Shown here piece by piece: positions 27,331 through 32,000 of a DNA stretch of 32,000 bases. The notes under the pieces are model-generated. The model made no database searches. It was given only the letters and a program-made list of their open reading frames with translations, and was not told where the DNA came from. The DNA is from Hyperthermus butylicus DSM 5456 (GTDB lineage: Archaea; Thermoproteota; Thermoprotei_A; Sulfolobales; Pyrodictiaceae). How positions within the stretch are numbered: position 1 is the stretch's first letter; every line of letters starts with the position of its first letter. Both the position numbers and the translations under genes were made by a program. The stretch is taken from NCBI RefSeq assembly GCF_000015145.1, contig NC_008818.1:1260001-1292000 (forward strand), in the 5' to 3' direction.

Positions 27331-27377
27331 ATCCGCACCCTGCGAATCAAGCTACAATCAGCATAATTGTATACTGT

Positions 27378-27854
27378 CTACGTCGTTATACCCCCATGTA
27401 ATACCCTATATACTATATGTGGGAGATCATAATAGTTCTCTACACAATAATACTGCAGCCCTCCTTTTAGCTTGTCACAATAATTACTCAGCATGTCAGC
27501 TGCATATCCTTCTTCGGAAACTACAACTAGGACTAAACTTCCATCACGATAAACATACTCTACATCATCTACTGGTATCTTTTCGAGGTATTCTCTACAT
27601 GGCTCATTAGTAGGGCAGGCTAAGACGTATTTAATATCAAGGATTTCTGGTAGGCTAAACTCAATACTTTCAATAGGTATTAAAAGGTGGAGAATTACTG
27701 CAACAATACAGTTTTTGCTAGCTGATACTACTAATACAATGTGTTCACAGTCATGTATAGAGGCATATGCAAGTAGTTCCAGTAGTTTATCATCATTAAC
27801 TAGCTTACGTATGGTTGCCTGCATATTTTGCTCCCAGCGTGGGTTCTTCATCAT
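27378..27854 (-). CDS. Hypothetical protein
   Basis: 158-aa ORF directly downstream of the helicase start side, same strand; seven scattered Cys. Confidence 0.55.
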   Translation of the reverse strand: MMKNPRWEQNMQATIRKLVNDDKLLELLAYASIHDCEHIVLVVSASKNCIVAVILHLLIPIESIEFSLPEILDIKYVLACPTNEPCREYLEKIPVDDVEYVYRDGSLVLVVVSEEGYAADMLSNYCDKLKGGLQYYCVENYYDLPHIVYRVLHGGITT

Positions 27855-27917
27855 AACCGTATTCAGCTCTTAAAACCGCGGTCATCGCATGCATTGCCCA
27901 TCCAAGCTGTGCAGAGA

Positions 27918-28607
27918 TTAGAGAGTGTAGAGGCAGGTAAATTTGGCCTCCGATGCATTATCTGTGCCGTGTCTGCAGAGCGGAGCAACTACAAGTTTTA
28001 CCGAGATGAGGGAGGAGATAGCACTAACAAGCGCTTCTCGTGGAATTTGTATGAGGAAGGGGAGAATAACTAGAGCTTCGTGTCGTCGTAACCTTGGCCG
28101 TGGGAATTCCTGGAAGCATAGTGGCATGTGCAGGGTATTGCTAGCCTCAAGCACCACACAGTAATCTGCGCCTGGAGGCGTGAAAGGCGGATAATAGCCT
28201 ATTATTAGTCGCGCATGAAGTCTACGTGCTACAGTGTATCCAACCTCTACAATAGGCTCATTAAATGTTATAACTAAGTCGAGCCCAGTAATGCCTCTTT
28301 TCCGCTCCAGGACATGTATTGCACTTAAGGTAAGCCCGCAGATAAACCCTTTGTCCTCGGCAAGTCCAGCCAGGATCTTCTTCTCGACGAGTGTGGATAC
28401 GTACTTACGAATCCTGTTGGATTTCAAAAACACGTCAAGTATTCGCCATACAAGGTCCTCTGGTGGTGCATTCCTGGCGTTAGTGTATCGGCTCAAAAGC
28501 GATGGCGGAACTCCCAGTAGTTCGCTCAGCTCGTTGTTAGTGTAGAAGCGGCGTATAAACCATAATAGGCACGAGGCCATAGAGCGCTCATATATCGTAA
28601 GCTGCAC
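27918..28607 (-). CDS. HTH regulator with PRTase-like domain
   Basis: N-terminal HTH NNELSELLGVPPSLLSRYTNARNAPPEDLVWRIL; C-terminal segment with VITFNEPIVEVGYTVARRLHARLIIGYYP resembling PurR/GfcR-like PRTase regulators. Confidence 0.6.
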   Translation of the reverse strand: MQLTIYERSMASCLLWFIRRFYTNNELSELLGVPPSLLSRYTNARNAPPEDLVWRILDVFLKSNRIRKYVSTLVEKKILAGLAEDKGFICGLTLSAIHVLERKRGITGLDLVITFNEPIVEVGYTVARRLHARLIIGYYPPFTPPGADYCVVLEASNTLHMPLCFQEFPRPRLRRHEALVILPFLIQIPREALVSAISSLISVKLVVAPLCRHGTDNASEAKFTCLYTL

Positions 28608-28758
28608 GGCTAACCCACGCTCCAGCGGTGCACACAGGGCTGACGGAGAGGGTTAAGCTCCCTATCAACTAGCGTATAGTAGCTGCCTAGATACGTTATA
28701 TCCCCCGTGCCTAGCTACAGCAGAGCTGGAAGAAGGATTAGCAGGGGTTGAAGAAACG

Positions 28759-29652
28759 ATGAGTTCACAAAATGGCCAGCAGCGTAGTGTTCCGCCAGGA
28801 GTGCGGGCACGGATCGAAGCTATAAAGAAGATTAGGAAGCAGGAGGAAATGATCAAAGAGAGTATGAGAAAGGTAAAGTACAAAATAGCTGTATTGAGCG
28901 GTAAAGGTGGGGTAGGAAAATCATTTGTAACTGCTAGCCTAGCATTCGCCTTAGCGTATATGGGCAAACGTGTTGGAGTATTAGACGCTGATATTTACGG
29001 TCCATCAATCCCTAAGATGATGGGTGTCCCACCAGGCACTGTCTACGGGACAGAAGATGGCAGGCTGATACCACCAACAGCTCCTCTAGGAGTGAAAGTA
29101 TTATCGGTAGGCCTTATGCTTCCACAGGAGGACTTGCCAGTCATATGGCGTGGTCCCCTCTCCTCATCAGCTATACGTGAAATGCTTGCATACGCAGAGT
29201 GGGGGGAGCTGGACTACTTACTCATAGACTTACCACCAGGCACAGGCGATGAGCAGTTAACAATAATGCAGCTGATAAAGGATCTAACAGGTGTTCTAAT
29301 AGTAACGATACCCTCTGACGTCTCTGGAGTAATTGTTTCCAAGGCTGTAAATTTTGTTCGAAGGCTTGGAGCAAATATCATAGGCATAATTGAAAACATG
29401 AGCTACTTCCGTTGTCCTGATGGAAGCATACACTACATCTTTGGTGAGGGTGCGGGTAAGAAAGTTGCAGAGAAATACAACGTTAGGTTCCTGGGTGAGA
29501 TACCGATAGACCCGAGAATCTCACGTGCCAATGATGCTGGCGAACCATTCTTCCTAAAGTACCCTGACAGCGAGGCTTCCAAGGCATTCCTCAAGATAGC
29601 AGGCAATGTTGCCGAGATAGTTGAAGGAAAATCACAGAATAGCATGAGTTGA
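28759..29652 (+). CDS. Mrp/NBP35 (ApbC)-family P-loop ATPase, Fe-S cluster carrier-like
   Basis: IAVLSGKGGVGKSFVTASLA, VLDADIYGPSIPKMMG, DYLLIDLPPGTGDEQLT, IENMSYFRCPDG. Confidence 0.93.
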   Translation: MSSQNGQQRSVPPGVRARIEAIKKIRKQEEMIKESMRKVKYKIAVLSGKGGVGKSFVTASLAFALAYMGKRVGVLDADIYGPSIPKMMGVPPGTVYGTEDGRLIPPTAPLGVKVLSVGLMLPQEDLPVIWRGPLSSSAIREMLAYAEWGELDYLLIDLPPGTGDEQLTIMQLIKDLTGVLIVTIPSDVSGVIVSKAVNFVRRLGANIIGIIENMSYFRCPDGSIHYIFGEGAGKKVAEKYNVRFLGEIPIDPRISRANDAGEPFFLKYPDSEASKAFLKIAGNVAEIVEGKSQNSMS

Positions 29653-29698
29653 TTTTACTCCAGAGAGCTAACAACCAAAATTTATATTATTTTTTATC

Positions 29699-30142
29699 AT
29701 GTTGCTGGATTACAAACTGGTGGGTCGAATGCGGTTCACCGAGATAGTGAAGGTAGACAGTAAGGGAAGAGTGACCATACCCCTAGTAGTACGTGAAGCC
29801 TTAAACGTCATTGAAGGTATGAACCTTATTCTGATAGCTGATACCGATAGGCGTGAGATAATTCTAACACCGCTACCCGGTGGCGGTGAGAACCTCTACG
29901 AACTCCGAATAGAGTTTAAGGATGTGCCTGGTGCTCTAGCGCGTATATCCTCAAAGCTTGCAGAGCTAGATGTCGACCAGGTAGCAACACAATGTACAAC
30001 TGTTAAGCGCGGCGAGAATGCAGAATGCATAATAATAATAGATTTGTCTAAGAGCACGCGAAGTATTGACGAGATAAAATCAGAGCTTTCAGCCATGGAG
30101 GATGTCCATTTTGTCCAGATAAAACAGCTGCAGCATAGATAG
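29699..30142 (+). CDS. SpoVT/AbrB-like domain fused to ACT domain
   Basis: VDSKGRVTIPLVVREALNVIEGMNLILI then YELRIEFKDVPGALARISSKLAELDVDQVATQC; start may be MRFTEIVK at about 29729. Confidence 0.82.
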   Translation: MLLDYKLVGRMRFTEIVKVDSKGRVTIPLVVREALNVIEGMNLILIADTDRREIILTPLPGGGENLYELRIEFKDVPGALARISSKLAELDVDQVATQCTTVKRGENAECIIIIDLSKSTRSIDEIKSELSAMEDVHFVQIKQLQHR

Positions 30143-30145
30143 CGC

Positions 30146-30201
30146 TCAGTCGGTGGTATGGTCTTCATCGCGGCGGCTCAAGGCGGGTAGAGCTGCATCA
30201 C
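30146..30201 (-). ncRNA. Candidate C/D-box sRNA
   Basis: Minus strand: C-like GTGATGC (30195-30201), 13 nt AGCTCTACCCGCC, D'-like TTGA (30178-30181), 6 nt, C'-like GCGATGA (30165-30171), 15 nt, D CTGA (30146-30149); possible GCGC/GCGC terminal stem. Confidence 0.4.
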
Positions 30202-30311
30202 GGCGCCCATAAGTATAGTCTAAGTATGCGGGTTTTTAGCGCTACATTACTTCTTTTACCCTAACATGTTAAGAGGGATTCCAGAGCTGAGTAATAACCC
30301 TGGGGAGCTAT

Positions 30312-31073
30312 ATGGGGTTTAGAGCCGTCTACCCCGCAGCAACAAAGTTTAAGTATATAATCCAGACTATTGCAAAGGTTATGGATGAAATACCATTCAT
30401 TGTTGCGCAAGACGGTCTAGACGTAAGAACGCTAACACCTGACAAGACGACAATGATTATACTAAGGCTTCCCGTTACAGCCTTCGAAGAGTACCAGTTA
30501 GACGAGGATAAGAAGACATTCATAGTGCTAGCTGACGAGCTTAACAAGGTTGCTAAGCGTGGTACGCGAAATGATATTGTTGAGCTGAAGCTTGACGAGG
30601 AGCATCGTAGACTTGAGGTTAACTTCATAGATAAAAAGACTAATGTTGTACGTAGCTTCTATGTATCTCTTCGTGAGGGTACTGTTGAAGAGCTTGCTGA
30701 ACCGCAGGTGGAGCTAACGGTTACAGCGAAAATGATGGCTGACGACTTTAAGAATGTTATAAATGATGCAAAGATAGTAAGCGACGAAGTCGAGTTTGCG
30801 GCGTACGAGGATAGAATAGAAGTTTATGCTGAGTCGGCTCAGAAGAAGTATATGGGTGTACTCAAGGTTGGCATGCCACTTATAACGTTAAATGTTGAAG
30901 GCGGTACCCCGATACGTGCTAAGTACTCGATAGACTTGCTGAAAGCGGCTGTTAAGGCAACAACGGCTGCTAATACCGTAACACTGGAATATGGTGAGGC
31001 ATTGCCGATGAGACTAAGCTTTGACCTGCCCGGCGGCGGGCTGTTAATATACTGGATATCGCCCAGAGTCTAG
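30312..31073 (+). CDS. pcn: Archaeal sliding clamp PCNA
   Basis: MGFRAVYPAATKFKYIIQTIAKVMDEIPFIVAQDGLDVRTLTPDKTTMIIL ... AEPQVELTVTAKMMADDFKNVINDAKIVSDEVEF ... GLLIYWISPRV. Confidence 0.93.
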   Translation: MGFRAVYPAATKFKYIIQTIAKVMDEIPFIVAQDGLDVRTLTPDKTTMIILRLPVTAFEEYQLDEDKKTFIVLADELNKVAKRGTRNDIVELKLDEEHRRLEVNFIDKKTNVVRSFYVSLREGTVEELAEPQVELTVTAKMMADDFKNVINDAKIVSDEVEFAAYEDRIEVYAESAQKKYMGVLKVGMPLITLNVEGGTPIRAKYSIDLLKAAVKATTAANTVTLEYGEALPMRLSFDLPGGGLLIYWISPRV

Positions 31074-31315
31074 CCTCCCTCAAGCTTTCTCAGAAGTTCC
31101 TCTAAGGCCCTCCTAGCTTCCTCAAGCTTAGGCTGGGGCTTGGCTGCAGGCTGTACATGTCTAAGCGTGGGGAACCATGCAGGCCTAGGACATATGCTCC
31201 GCTCGGGGCATGCAAGGCAACAGTATGGACATATAATTCTCTCTGGATGTAGCCAGCACTGCCTGGTTGGGCGGTGTCTTCCACAGATGCTACAGCGCTC
31301 CCAGTAAATGCTCAT
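31070..31315 (-). CDS. Small zinc-binding protein
   Basis: MSIYWERCSICGRHRPTRQCWLHPERIICPYCCLACPERSICPRPAW; internal Met preferred over the track start at 31426; overlaps PCNA stop by 4 bp. Confidence 0.65.
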   Translation of the reverse strand: MSIYWERCSICGRHRPTRQCWLHPERIICPYCCLACPERSICPRPAWFPTLRHVQPAAKPQPKLEEARRALEELLRKLEGG

Positions 31316-31529
31316 GACTGGAAGCCCAGCCTTACACTTAACAATATAGGAACGATATAAAGGGTTGAGGACTAGCCTAGATTTACGGCTGACCGATGAG
31401 AGTGCAGTAATCGCGGCGGGGCACAATACTCGAGGTAAGCCCCGTTTTGTAGGCTGCCTCGAGGGATGATGCCGTGGCCAAAAATTAAAGAGTTTAAGTC
31501 CAAGGAACTAGGAGCAACAGTTAGAATGG

Positions 31530-31922
31530 GTGACAGCTTTGGCGAAGGTTATAGTTGAAGTAGATATGGCCAAGTACAAGCACGTAGATCTCTCTGCGCA
31601 AACAGCCCTACAGCTATTGGAGAAAATAGAAGAAAGACTGGGCTATAAGACTCAAGATGTTGAGGAAGCTAAGAGATATATACGGAACTTCAAGGAATTC
31701 TATGAGTACATGCGTAAAAAGTTTAAGGATTATCTTGCGCCACCTCGCAGGCCTGACGACTATATTAGGGGTCGAGTTGTTGTGGACAAGATAAAGCTGT
31801 ACACAAGCGATAATGGCGAAGAACGTGTTGTAATAATATTTGATAGAAGAATTGATGTAGGTCTTATTGAGCAGGTACTCCGTGAGCTAGGGTTTGAGGT
31901 TGAGGTGGAACGTGCTTTTTGA
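31530..31922 (+). CDS. Hypothetical protein
   Basis: 130-aa ORF, well-formed alpha/beta composition; ends DRRIDVGLIEQVLRELGFEVEVERAF. Confidence 0.65.
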   Translation: MTALAKVIVEVDMAKYKHVDLSAQTALQLLEKIEERLGYKTQDVEEAKRYIRNFKEFYEYMRKKFKDYLAPPRRPDDYIRGRVVVDKIKLYTSDNGEERVVIIFDRRIDVGLIEQVLRELGFEVEVERAF

Positions 31923-32000
31923 GCTTCTAGTCTATGCCGAGTCATAGGTCGCTTTATCCTTCCATTGCGCTACTTTTTCCTTGCTCGGCGTCGCTTCTCG

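Noticed and set aside
31932-32000. Possible CDS at the right edge (plus MPSHRSLYPSIALLFPCSASLL or minus ...REATPSKEKVAQWKDKATYDSA*)
   Set aside because: Both frames are open and too short to judge; needs sequence beyond the window.

Overview
This 32-kb window looks like ordinary, gene-dense chromosome of a hyperthermophilic crenarchaeon, Pyrodictiaceae/Desulfurococcales-like by protein character (inference only). Recognisable genes include a truncated glyA at the left edge (absent from the ORF track), a PfkB-family kinase, a geranylgeranyl-reductase-family flavoprotein, Hsp20, a ZPR1-like zinc protein, RHH and HTH regulators, a SpoIIM-like membrane protein, a TatD-like hydrolase, and a MoxR-AAA + VWA pair. 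There is also a MarC-like protein, a family B DNA polymerase with a long N-terminal extension, an aKMT-like methyltransferase, a PIN-ATPase-KH protein followed by an Hjc-like resolvase, an XPB-like helicase, an Mrp/NBP35 ATPase, an AbrB-ACT regulator, PCNA, and a tRNA-Arg(GCG). I see no CRISPR array, transposon or integrated element. The observations most worth a second look are: (1) a copper locus in which a CopA-type P1B ATPase is broken by about four frameshifts plus one in-frame TAG, and the neighbouring YHS-domain gene is broken by a +1 frameshift; (2) several unannotated intergenic C/D-box sRNA candidates, the best at 24560-24618(-), whose two guides resemble complements of two neighbouring segments of 23S rRNA domain IV as I recall them; (3) a small coiled-coil protein with a natural eight-histidine run; (4) a structured 200-nt spacer at 6841-7040; (5) several conserved-looking but unassigned small genes. 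I found no convincing new defence or mobile system.
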